NCBI GenBank assembly: GCA_034189655.1
Contig: JAXHUE010000003.1
Coordinates: forward strand, 35,969-99,968
DNA: 64,000 nucleotides
Direction of reading: 5' to 3'
Source: Chloroflexota bacterium
GTDB taxonomy: Bacteria; Chloroflexota; Dehalococcoidia; E44-bin15
Positions 1 to 8,441 of this stretch are shown here, piece after piece (the first letter of the stretch is position 1; the number at the start of each line of letters is the position of its first letter). The notes below the pieces were generated by a model. It had not been told where the DNA came from. It saw only the letters and a program-made list of their open reading frames with translations, and did not search any database. A program made the position numbers and the translations under genes.

Positions 1-879
1 ATCACCGTCGCCTTCCTCATCGTGCTCAAGGTAGCGGTGGGGGTGGCGAGTGGCAGCGTGAGCGTGATCGCCCAGGCCACGGACAGCCTGCTCGACCTCT
101 TCGCGGCGCTGGTCACCTTATTCAGCCTGCGCTTCGCCCAGAGGCCGCCGGACGCCGAGCACCCCTTCGGCCACGGCAAGGCAGAGAGCATAAGCGGGCT
201 GGTGCAGAGCGGCCTGATATTCGCCGCCGCCGCCTTCATCCTGTACCAGGCCATCACCAGGATCATCTCCGGCGCCGTCATCGAGTACGTCACTGCGGGC
301 ATCGCGGTGATGGCGGTGTGCATCGTGGTGAACGTCCTCCTCTCTCGCCACCTGCTCCGGGTGGCGCGCAAGGAGGACTCCATAGCGCTGGAGGCCAATG
401 CCCGCAACATCACCACCGACATCTACACCGCGCTGGGCGTGCTCGCCGGGCTGGTGGTGGTGCAGGTCACCGGCCTGGCCATACTGGACTCCATCATCGC
501 CATCGCGGTGGCCGCGGTCATCGTGAAGACGGCCCTCGATGTCATCAAGAGGTCGCTCGAGCAGCTCATGGACGTGCGGCTGCCCCCGGAGGAAGAGACG
601 GTGGTGCAGGAAATCATCTGCGCTCACTACGGGGAAGTGGTGGGCTTCCACGCGCTGCGCACCCGCAAGGCAGGAGACCAGCGCTACATCGACCTCCACC
701 TGGTGGTGGCCCGCGGGACCAGCGTCGGGGAGTCGCACCGCCTCTGCGAGAAGATCGAGGGGGAGATACAGGAGCGGCTCAGCAACTCCAACGTCACCAT
801 CCACGTCGAGCCCTGCCCGCTGGACTGCCCGCACTGCGTCAACCCGTGCCCTCTCGCCCAAGACCGTCGGGGCCGCTGA
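1..879 (+). CDS. Cation diffusion facilitator (CDF) family metal efflux transporter, 5'-partial (continues upstream of window)
   Basis: The reading frame is open from position 1 and runs into ORF 22..879. TM-rich N-terminal half carries the CDF signature region HPFGHGKAESISGLVQSGLIFAAAAF. C-terminal cytoplasmic domain has His/Cys-rich tail (HVEPCPLDCPHCVNPCP). Confidence 0.8.
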   Translation: MTVAFLIVLKVAVGVASGSVSVIAQATDSLLDLFAALVTLFSLRFAQRPPDAEHPFGHGKAESISGLVQSGLIFAAAAFILYQAITRIISGAVIEYVTAGIAVMAVCIVVNVLLSRHLLRVARKEDSIALEANARNITTDIYTALGVLAGLVVVQVTGLAILDSIIAIAVAAVIVKTALDVIKRSLEQLMDVRLPPEEETVVQEIICAHYGEVVGFHALRTRKAGDQRYIDLHLVVARGTSVGESHRLCEKIEGEIQERLSNSNVTIHVEPCPLDCPHCVNPCPLAQDRRGR

Positions 880-880
880 C

Positions 881-2002
881 ATGGCCGGCCTCTACGTTCA
901 CATACCCTTCTGCCGCTCCCGCTGCCGCTACTGCAGCTTCAACTCGTACATGGGCCTGGAGGGGCTCATCCCCCGCTATGTCTCCGCCTTGATCGCCGAG
1001 GCCCAGGGCTGGGCCGGTGCCATAGAGGTGGACACCATATATTTCGGTGGCGGGACTCCCTCGCTGCTCTCTGCCGGGCAGCTCGGTGACATCCTCGGTG
1101 CCCTTCGCCGCGCCTTCGTCGTCGATCCCGGTGCCGAGATAACCGTGGAGGTCAACCCGGGCACGGCCAGTGCCGGCTCACTGGCGGCGATGCGGGCGCT
1201 GGGGGTGAACCGGGTGAGCCTGGGGGTCCAGAGCCTCGACGACCGTGAGCTTGGGATGCTGGGCCGTATCCACACCGCTGCCGAGGCCGTCGCCGCCTTC
1301 GAGATGGCGCGGGGGTCATTCGACAACGTGAGCATAGACCTGCTCTACGGCCTTCCCGGGCAGGGGCTGGGGCGGTGGCGGCGCACACTGGAGCGGGCCC
1401 TGGGGCTGGGGCCGGAGCACCTCTCACTCTACCCTTTGAGTGTAGAGGAGGGCACCCCACTGGCGCAGGCAATAGCGCAGGGGCGGATGTCGCCGCCGGA
1501 CGCCGACCTCGCCGCCGAGATGTACCAGCTGGCCGAGGAGGCCCTGGGCGCCTACCGCCACTACGAGCTCTCCAACTGGGCGCGGCCGGGAAGGGAGTGC
1601 CGCCACAACCTGGCCTACTGGCACAACCTTCCCTACCTGGGGCTGGGCGCCGGCGCCCACTCCTGCCTTGGGGGGAGCCGCTTTTACAACGTGGCCTCGC
1701 CGCGGGAGTACATAGCGCGGGTGGCGGGCGAGGTGCCCGGTGAGGGGGCCATCGCCGGCTCGGAGCCCATCGCAGAGGCGCTGGAGATGGCGGAGACCAT
1801 GATCCTGGGGCTTCGGCTGGAGGAGGGGGTGGGCCTTGACCGTCTTGCCCTGCGCTTCGGCGGGGACGCCGTCGCCCGCTACCGCTCCCAGATAGACGAG
1901 CTCAAGTGCCTGGGCCTGCTCGAGGAGGGCGAGGGCCACGTCCGCCTCACTGCGCGGGGCCGACTCCTGGGGAACGAGGCCTTTCTGCGCTTCCTGCCCT
2001 AG
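881..2002 (+). CDS. hemW: Radical SAM heme chaperone HemW (HemN-like, oxygen-independent coproporphyrinogen oxidase family)
   Basis: Starts MAGLYVHIPFCRSRCRYCSFNSY, the CxxxCxxC radical-SAM motif. ~374 aa, typical HemW size. The listed ORF 539..2002 is an out-of-context N-terminal extension overlapping the CDF gene; ATG at 881 lies 2 nt after the CDF stop. Confidence 0.85.
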   Translation: MAGLYVHIPFCRSRCRYCSFNSYMGLEGLIPRYVSALIAEAQGWAGAIEVDTIYFGGGTPSLLSAGQLGDILGALRRAFVVDPGAEITVEVNPGTASAGSLAAMRALGVNRVSLGVQSLDDRELGMLGRIHTAAEAVAAFEMARGSFDNVSIDLLYGLPGQGLGRWRRTLERALGLGPEHLSLYPLSVEEGTPLAQAIAQGRMSPPDADLAAEMYQLAEEALGAYRHYELSNWARPGRECRHNLAYWHNLPYLGLGAGAHSCLGGSRFYNVASPREYIARVAGEVPGEGAIAGSEPIAEALEMAETMILGLRLEEGVGLDRLALRFGGDAVARYRSQIDELKCLGLLEEGEGHVRLTARGRLLGNEAFLRFLP

Positions 2003-3033
2003 GCCGTGGGGTGGGACTCCCTGACCGCCTGGAGGAGGGAGTCGATGGGGGGTGCTCCCCACAGGTGAGAGGCCTTACCCAGGGGGTCGGCGATATCTGG
2101 GCTTTCGAGCAGCACGTCCAGGGTGGCCTTCACCGAGAAGGCCAGCGCGTCCAGGTCGTAGCCCCCTTCCAGGGTGAACACGGTGCGCCCGTCGCACAGC
2201 TCCTCTGCCAGCCCCTTGATGATGCCGGCCATGCGGCCGAAGCCGGTCACGCTCACCTGCATCATAGAGATGCGGTCTGCCCAGTGCGCGTCGTACCCTG
2301 CGGAGACCAGGATGAGCTGGGGCTGGAAGCCCCTGGCCGCTGGCACCAGTATCTCCTCGAAGGCCTGGAGGTACTCCTCGTCGCCGCAGCGAGGGGGCAG
2401 GGGGACGTTCACCGTGGCCCCCAGGCCCAGGCCGCTGCCGGTCTCCTCGATGAGTCCAGTGCCGGGGTAGAGGGGGTGCTGGTGCGTGGAGAAGTAGAGG
2501 ACGCCGGGGTCGCTGTAGAAGGCCTCCTGGGTGCCGTTGCCGTGGTGGACGTCGAAGTCGACGATGAGGATGCGCTCGAGCCCGTGGTTGCGGATGGCGT
2601 GCCTTGCGGCGATGGCGATGTTGTTGAAGACACAGAAGCCCATGGCCTCTAATCGCAGGGCGTGGTGTCCTGGGGGCCTCACCAGGGCGAAGGCGCTCTC
2701 CACCTTCCCCCTCATCACGGCGTCGACGGCGGCGATGGTGCCCCCCGCGGCGTAGCAGGCCACCCGGTAGGAGGCCGGCGATACCACGGTATCGATGTCG
2801 AGCCACCCCCCGCCCTGGCTGGTGCAGGTCTCCACGTAGGAGATGAGGCCCGGGGCGTGCACCATCTGCAGCTCCTCCGCTGTGGCGGCGCGGGGGGTCA
2901 AGGGCACCAGCTGGGCCATGGTGCCGCTGTCCTCCAAGAGGGCCACCGTGCTTGCCAGGCGCGAGGGGTGCTCCATGTGGCGCCCGGTATCGTGCTCCAT
3001 ATAGAGTGCGTCGTAGACCAGTCCTACTTTCAC
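1999..3033 (-). CDS. Histone deacetylase-family protein (AcuC/AphA-like Zn-dependent deacetylase)
   Basis: Contains the HDAC-family motif DFDVHHGNGTQ with flanking GFCVFNN and PPGHHA. GTG start at 3033 sits 7 nt after a GGAGG. The stop overlaps the hemW stop by 4 nt (convergent). Confidence 0.8.
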   Translation of the reverse strand: MKVGLVYDALYMEHDTGRHMEHPSRLASTVALLEDSGTMAQLVPLTPRAATAEELQMVHAPGLISYVETCTSQGGGWLDIDTVVSPASYRVACYAAGGTIAAVDAVMRGKVESAFALVRPPGHHALRLEAMGFCVFNNIAIAARHAIRNHGLERILIVDFDVHHGNGTQEAFYSDPGVLYFSTHQHPLYPGTGLIEETGSGLGLGATVNVPLPPRCGDEEYLQAFEEILVPAARGFQPQLILVSAGYDAHWADRISMMQVSVTGFGRMAGIIKGLAEELCDGRTVFTLEGGYDLDALAFSVKATLDVLLESPDIADPLGKASHLWGAPPIDSLLQAVRESHPTA

Positions 3034-3216
3034 GTTATATCCTCCGTATCTATGATAGCAGACCGCTCCTCTACGAGCAACACACAGGGCGAGCCGGGCG
3101 CGGCATGTGCCTCGTGCAACGAGCGAGCGGCCGGGGCAGGCCCCTGGCGCGCCCCCTTACAGAGGTGGCGGATTGCCGCGTCCAGTGGCCTATGCTATAC
3201 TCGTGGCGGAGGCCCA

Positions 3217-4426
3217 GATGCCCATCGACCTGGTGAGGCTGGCGTTGCAGGTAGAGGGGCTCGCCGCCGAGCTCAAGGCAGGGGAGCGGAAGGCAGGGGA
3301 GCGCCTGGAGAGCGCCGTCGCCGCGCTCTGGGCCCAGGCCGACGCACTCGAGCAGTTTCGCGCCCGGCTCGCCGCGAGCCGTACTAGCTGGCTGGTGGCC
3401 GGCCTCGTCGACGGCCTGGGCGGGCGGGTGTCGCCGCCCCCCTGTCCCGGCGAGTTCACCGTCGTTGCCACCGATGGCTCCCACATCGATGTTGACCGTC
3501 ACAGCTCGGTGAGGTGCTGCCTGATTAACATCGGGAGCGCCGTGCTCCGCTACGGTGAGAGCCCTGGGGCCGAGCTCGTGGCCGTGCCCCAGCTCCTCTT
3601 CGGCGATGAGCTTATCATCGCCGACCCCTCCGCCCCCGGGGGTGGCGAGCGCGTCGAGGGGGCGCTCCTGGGGCTTGTGCGCGGCGTGGCCGAGTGCGAC
3701 GCGCTCGCCGCCCTCCTCGAGGGGCAGCCCGTAGAGCGGCCCGTGCTGGGCCTCATCGACGGCTCCCTCATCCTGTGGGGCCTGGCGGGGCGAGACTTCG
3801 AGGAGCAGAAGAGGTTCGTGAGGGAGGAGCTCCTCGACCGCCGTTACCTGGACGCCCTCGAGCGCATGAGGGTGCGCAGCGGGCGCGGGCCCTGTGTCCC
3901 CGCCAGCTACATAAGCTACCCGCGGAGCGCCGACGTAGTGAATGCGCTGCGCGTAGGCCTGTGCCCCCATGATGTCGCCGACTGCGACCGCTACTGCGCC
4001 GGGAACAGGGAGCGGGGGTGCGATGCCGTGTCCGGCGTGTGCGATGCCGACCTCTTCGCGGTGCTCCTCATGCCTGGCCAGAGGTCGGAGGCCTTCGTGA
4101 GCGGCTCCCGCTTCATGCAGCGGCACTATGGAGAGCACCAGATATGCTTCTTCTACTTGAAGCTGGAGGAGGAGGTGGCCCGGGTGGAGGTGCCGCGCTG
4201 GGTGGTGGATGGGGGGCTCCTGGACCTGGTGCACTGCCTGGTCCTCGACCAGTGCCGCCGCGGGCTGGGCTACCCGGTGGCGCTCCAGGAGGCGCACGAG
4301 CAGGCCGTGGTCACCGCCGCCTGTCGCGAGCAGTTCTGGGGGCTCATGGAGGGCGTCCTTGCCGAGGGCGGCGTGGCGCTGGGGGGCTCGGCCAAGCGCA
4401 TGAGCAAGCGCACGCGCTGGGTGTAA
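3217..4426 (+). CDS. nurA: NurA-family nuclease (DNA end-resection 5'-3' exo/endonuclease, RNase H-like fold)
   Basis: Two DGS motifs (VVATDGSHIDV and GLIDGSLILWG) at spacing characteristic of NurA domain catalytic Asp motifs. ~400 aa. The ATG at 3217 is preceded by GGCGGAGG, so the ORF-track start at 3107 is probably too early. First gene of an operon that ends in a HerA-like ATPase. Confidence 0.6.
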
Positions 4427-4516
4427 GAGCAGAGAGGTTCTGCACCGGGGCCAGGCCCCGGCGCAGCGCGTCTGTTTGAGTGTATAAGTATTAAAGTGAG
4501 GCGTGGGAGAGAGAGC

Positions 4517-5104
4517 GTGCCCACCAGGATAGGCGAGGTCATCGAGGCATCCACTGCGGAGTTCGTCGCCCAGTGCTACGAGCTGCACCGTCCGCCCCCC
4601 CTGGGCAGCCTGGTGCGCACCCGCGAGGGGGAGGTGGAGGTCTACGGCGTGGTGAGCCATGCCCAGACCCAGGGCATCGAGCCGGGGCGGCGCCCCATCG
4701 CCAGGGGCCGTGAAGAGGCCGTCGAGGAGGACATCTATCGCGCAAGCCCGCAGCTTGCCCGGCTGCTGCGCACCGATTTCAGCGCCCTCGTGGTGGGCCA
4801 CCGCGACGGCGAGCGCATCAGGCACTACCTGCCCCCGCGGCCGGCCATGCTCCACGGGTTCGTCCATGTCTGTGAGCGGGCGGAGGTCGCCGAGTTCAGC
4901 CAGTCCCTGGACTTCTTGAGCATCCTGGTCGGCGCCTGCGGGCAGGGGAGTGGCGATGAGCTGGTGGCCGCCGCGGTGCGCCAGGCGGCGGCGGCGCACG
5001 GCGACCCCCGCTCCTTCCTGGTGCGTGCCGGCAAGGAGCTCGCCGTGCTCCTGGGCGGCGACAGCCAGCGCCTGGGCATTATCTTGAGGAGGATAAAGGG
5101 GTGA
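4517..5104 (+). CDS. Hypothetical protein with HAS-barrel-like N-terminus (no ATPase domain), operonic between nurA and herA
   Basis: GTG at 4517 is preceded by GGGAGAGAGAG. N-terminus RIGEVIEASTAEFVAQCYELHRPPPLGSLVRT..EVEVYGVVSHAQT resembles the N-terminal HAS barrel of HerA-type proteins. The stop overlaps the herA GTG start (GTGA), suggesting translational coupling. Confidence 0.5.
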   Translation: MPTRIGEVIEASTAEFVAQCYELHRPPPLGSLVRTREGEVEVYGVVSHAQTQGIEPGRRPIARGREEAVEEDIYRASPQLARLLRTDFSALVVGHRDGERIRHYLPPRPAMLHGFVHVCERAEVAEFSQSLDFLSILVGACGQGSGDELVAAAVRQAAAAHGDPRSFLVRAGKELAVLLGGDSQRLGIILRRIKG

Positions 5105-6744
5105 GCCAGGGGAGTGATTTACATAATGAGTCACAGCGGCGGCTCGGCGTCGTCGTCGAGGGCTCGCTCACCAGGGGCGTCGAGGTCAGGCTCGACGGCG
5201 GCGTCTCCATCGAGGACATCGCCGTGGGCCGCTACGTCACCATCGAGGGGGAGAGGCGCCGCTTCTTCGGCATGATCACCGATGCCGAGCTGGGCACCAT
5301 CGACCCGCGGCTGCTCACCATGCCCCCGGATATATCAGACCCCTTCATCGCCGAGGTGCTCGCCGGCACCGGCACCTACGGCCGCATCCACGTCCTGCCC
5401 GTGCTCACCATCGGCGGGGACGCCATGGGCCTCCTGGAGGGGCCGCAGCCGGTGAAGACCGTGCCCGCCCACTTCTCCGCGGTGCGCGAGGCCAGCGAGC
5501 GCGACGTGGAGCAGGTCTTCGGCGGGGTGGAGGAGCGCCAGTTCTACATCGGCACCCCGCTCGACATGGAGACCAAGGTGCGGCTCGACCCCGGGGAGCT
5601 GGTGGTGCGCTCGAGCGGCGTCTTCGGCAAGAGCGGCACCGGCAAGACCTTCCTCGCCCGGCTGCTGCTCATCGGCATCATCCAGGAGGGCGCCGCGGTG
5701 AACCTGGTCTTCGACATGCACAGCGAGTACGGCTGGGAGGGGAGCAGCGAGGAGGGGCGAAAGGTGAAGGCACTCAAGCAACTCTTCCCCTCCAAGGTCG
5801 CCGTGTTCGCCCTCGACGAGGAAGGGGCGCGGCGGCGTAATGTCTCCACCGACTTCGTGGTGAAGATCGGCTATGACGAGGTGGAGCCCGAGGACATCGC
5901 CATGCTCCAGGAGACACTGGGCCTGAGCGAGGCCGCGGTGCAGGCCACGTACCGCCTGGCGCGGCACTACGGCGAGCGCCGCTGGCTGGAGTGCTTCCTC
6001 GACGTGGAGGGCAGGGAGGACATCGCCGCGCTGGCGCAGGGCCTGGGGGAGCACGAGGCCACCCTGGCCGCGCTGCGGCGCCGCCTCGATGTGCTGCGCC
6101 GTCTCTCGTTCCTGGTGCCCCACGCCGCAGACAACGCCATCCGTCACATACTGGAGTACCTCGACCGCGGGATGAACGTCGTCCTGGAGTTCGGGCGCTT
6201 CACCGACATCGTCGCCTACATACTGGTGGCCAACCTGCTCACCAGGCGCATCCACGAGCGCTGGCGCGAGCGCACGGAGCGGGCCATTGGCGGGGACGGG
6301 GACAAGCCGCCGCCCCTGGTCATCACCATCGAGGAGGCGCACAAGTTCCTGAGCCGGGAGCTTGCCGGGCACACCATATTCGGCACCATCGCCCGCGAGA
6401 TGAGGAAGTACAACTGCACCCTCCTGGTCATCGACCAGCGCCCCAGCGGCATCGACGAGGAGGTGATGAGCCAGATCGGCACCAAGATCACCTGCCTCCT
6501 CGACAACGAGCGCGACATAGAGAGCGTGCTCACCGGCGTCTCGGGCAAGGGGGAGCTCAGGGCGGTGCTGGCCAAGCTCGATTCACGGCAGCAGGCCCTC
6601 ATCTTCGGCCACGCCGTCCCCATGCCGGTGGTGGTGCGCACCAGGGAGTACGGCTCGGCGCAGTCCTACAGCGAGCTGGGCATCCGCGATGCCCTGGAGC
6701 GGCGCCGGCAGGCCGAGGAGGAAGGCAGAGACCTGTGGGGGTAG
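5101..6744 (+). CDS. herA: HerA-like hexameric ATPase/helicase (DUF87/FtsK-HerA superfamily)
   Basis: Walker A FGKSGTGKTFLARLL. Walker B/DEAH-like LVITIEEAHKFL. Conserved C-terminal LLVIDQRPSGIDEEVMSQIGTKI. N-terminal HAS-barrel-like region (LGVVVEGSLTRGVEVRL..VGRYVTIEGERRRFFGMI). Adjacent to the NurA-like gene. Confidence 0.75.
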   Translation: MSQGSDLHNESQRRLGVVVEGSLTRGVEVRLDGGVSIEDIAVGRYVTIEGERRRFFGMITDAELGTIDPRLLTMPPDISDPFIAEVLAGTGTYGRIHVLPVLTIGGDAMGLLEGPQPVKTVPAHFSAVREASERDVEQVFGGVEERQFYIGTPLDMETKVRLDPGELVVRSSGVFGKSGTGKTFLARLLLIGIIQEGAAVNLVFDMHSEYGWEGSSEEGRKVKALKQLFPSKVAVFALDEEGARRRNVSTDFVVKIGYDEVEPEDIAMLQETLGLSEAAVQATYRLARHYGERRWLECFLDVEGREDIAALAQGLGEHEATLAALRRRLDVLRRLSFLVPHAADNAIRHILEYLDRGMNVVLEFGRFTDIVAYILVANLLTRRIHERWRERTERAIGGDGDKPPPLVITIEEAHKFLSRELAGHTIFGTIAREMRKYNCTLLVIDQRPSGIDEEVMSQIGTKITCLLDNERDIESVLTGVSGKGELRAVLAKLDSRQQALIFGHAVPMPVVVRTREYGSAQSYSELGIRDALERRRQAEEEGRDLWG

Positions 6745-6778
6745 GCGGCGTGCCGACGTTCCGCTATAATGGAGAGGC

Positions 6779-8251
6779 ATGGTGCCCACCACTGGCCCGA
6801 TGACACGCCGTCCCCTCGTCGAGGAGATCGATGCCCCCTCCGCACTGGAGGCCTTCTCCCTGATCAGGGGGCGTCCCCACAGCTTCTTCCTCGATAGCGG
6901 CATGGGCCGCGAGCGCCTGGGCCGCTACTCGTTCATCGGCAGCGACCCCTTCCTGGTGCTCAAGAGCTACGGCCGCGATGTCTGCCTGGTCGAGGGCTGC
7001 AACGAGACCAGGATGAGCGCCGACCCCTTCGACGTGCTGCGGGAGGTACTGTCCCGGTACGCCCTCGACCCCGGCCCCGCGCCCATCCCCTTCACCGGCG
7101 GCGCCGTGGGCTACCTCGGCTACGACCTGTGCCACTTCGTCGAGCGCCTGCCCCAGACCGCCGCCGACGACCTGGGGCTCCCCGAGCTCTACCTGGCCTT
7201 CTACGACGGTGTCATCGGCTTCGACCACCTGGAGGGGCGGTGCTACGTCGCCGCAAGCGGCCTTCCCTGTGAGGAAGAGGAGCGGCGGCTGCGCCGCGCC
7301 CGGGAGCGCCTCGACGAGCTCAAGGACATCGTGGAGCGGGCCCCGCGGCAGGGAGAGGAGCGCCCCATGGAGCACGGCCAGCCCGCGGCGACCCCTGTGT
7401 CCAGCGTCGTGCCACAGTCAAACTTCACCCACGAGGGGTATGTGCGCGCGGTCGCGGCGGCGCGGGAGTACATCTGTGCCGGCGACATCTTCCAGGTGAA
7501 CCTGTCGCAGCGGTTCCAGGCCCCGCTCGACGTCGCCCCCTTCGAGCTGTACCGGCGCCTGCGCGCCATCAACCCGGCGCCGTTTGCCAGCTACTTAAAC
7601 CTCGACGGGGTGACCATCGTCAGCGCCTCGCCGGAGCGGTTCCTCCGCACGAGCGGCGACCTGGTGGAGACCCGCCCCATCAAGGGGACGAGGCCCCGGG
7701 GGCGCACGCCGGCCCGGGACCAGGCACTGGCCTGGGAGCTGGCGCACAGCGTCAAAGACCGCGCCGAGAACGTGATGATAGTAGACCTGGAGCGCAACGA
7801 CCTGGGGCGCGTGTGCCGCTATGGGACGGTGCGGGTGAGCGAGCTGTGTGCCCTGGAGCGCTATGCCACGGTGTTCCACCTCACCTCCACGGTGGAGGGC
7901 AGGCTGCGCCACGACCGAGACCGCGTAGACCTGCTCAAGGCCACCTTCCCTGGGGGCTCGATCACCGGGGCCCCCAAGGTGCGTGCCATGGAGATCATAG
8001 ACGAGCTGGAGCCCACGCGGCGGGGGGTCTACACCGGCTCCATCGGGTATGTGGGCTTCGATGGAGAGATGGACTTGAACATCGTCATTCGCACCTTCGT
8101 GGTAGCGGGGGGAAAGGCCTACTTCCAGGTAGGAGGGGGCATCGTGTACGATTCCGACCCCGAGGCCGAGTACGTGGAGACGCTGGACAAGGCGAGGGCC
8201 CTCGTCGAGTCGCTTGGGCCCCAGCCGCTCCCGGCACCAGAGGAGAGGTGA
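6779..8251 (+). CDS. pabB: Aminodeoxychorismate synthase component I (chorismate-binding enzyme, PabB/TrpE family)
   Basis: Chorismate-binding domain motifs (NPAPFASYLNL, SASPERFLR, ETRPIKGTRPRG, FPGGSITGAPK, RGVYTGSIGY). Assigned to pab rather than trp because the partner amidotransferase and a class IV aminotransferase (ADC lyase) lie downstream. Confidence 0.75.
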   Translation: MVPTTGPMTRRPLVEEIDAPSALEAFSLIRGRPHSFFLDSGMGRERLGRYSFIGSDPFLVLKSYGRDVCLVEGCNETRMSADPFDVLREVLSRYALDPGPAPIPFTGGAVGYLGYDLCHFVERLPQTAADDLGLPELYLAFYDGVIGFDHLEGRCYVAASGLPCEEEERRLRRARERLDELKDIVERAPRQGEERPMEHGQPAATPVSSVVPQSNFTHEGYVRAVAAAREYICAGDIFQVNLSQRFQAPLDVAPFELYRRLRAINPAPFASYLNLDGVTIVSASPERFLRTSGDLVETRPIKGTRPRGRTPARDQALAWELAHSVKDRAENVMIVDLERNDLGRVCRYGTVRVSELCALERYATVFHLTSTVEGRLRHDRDRVDLLKATFPGGSITGAPKVRAMEIIDELEPTRRGVYTGSIGYVGFDGEMDLNIVIRTFVVAGGKAYFQVGGGIVYDSDPEAEYVETLDKARALVESLGPQPLPAPEER

Positions 8252-8299
8252 CGGGGTGGCCAATTGTAGCAAACCACCTCCAGTACCACGTAATAGCTA

Positions 8300-8328
8300 T
8301 TGACAAACGGGTGGGAATATACTATAAA
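8300..8328 (+). promoter_or_regulatory. Sigma70-like promoter for the repeat-protein gene (TTGACA - 17 nt - TATAAA)
   Basis: TTGACA at 8300-8305 and TATAAA at 8323-8328 with a 17-nt spacer, in a locally AT-rich intergenic stretch. Followed by GGAGAAGGGAGATGAGCC (RBS) and ATG at 8442. Confidence 0.6.
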
Positions 8329-8441
8329 ATAGTGCCAAGGGTGGCGGTGGGCGTGAGTATCACAGGTTCACTTTGCCTGTTTACAGTGTGTCTTGGAAAT
8401 AGGAGTGGTGAGTGGAAAAGACTGGAGAAGGGAGATGAGCC

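Noticed and set aside
539-880. N-terminal 114-codon extension of the hemW ORF
   Set aside because: It overlaps the CDF transporter in another frame. HemW homology begins at MAGLYVHIPFC (ATG 881).
3071-5134. 687-aa minus-strand ORF spanning nurA and the small gene
   Set aside because: Antisense shadow ORF. The composition is A/G/R/P-rich with no motifs, whereas the plus-strand genes have motifs and RBSs.
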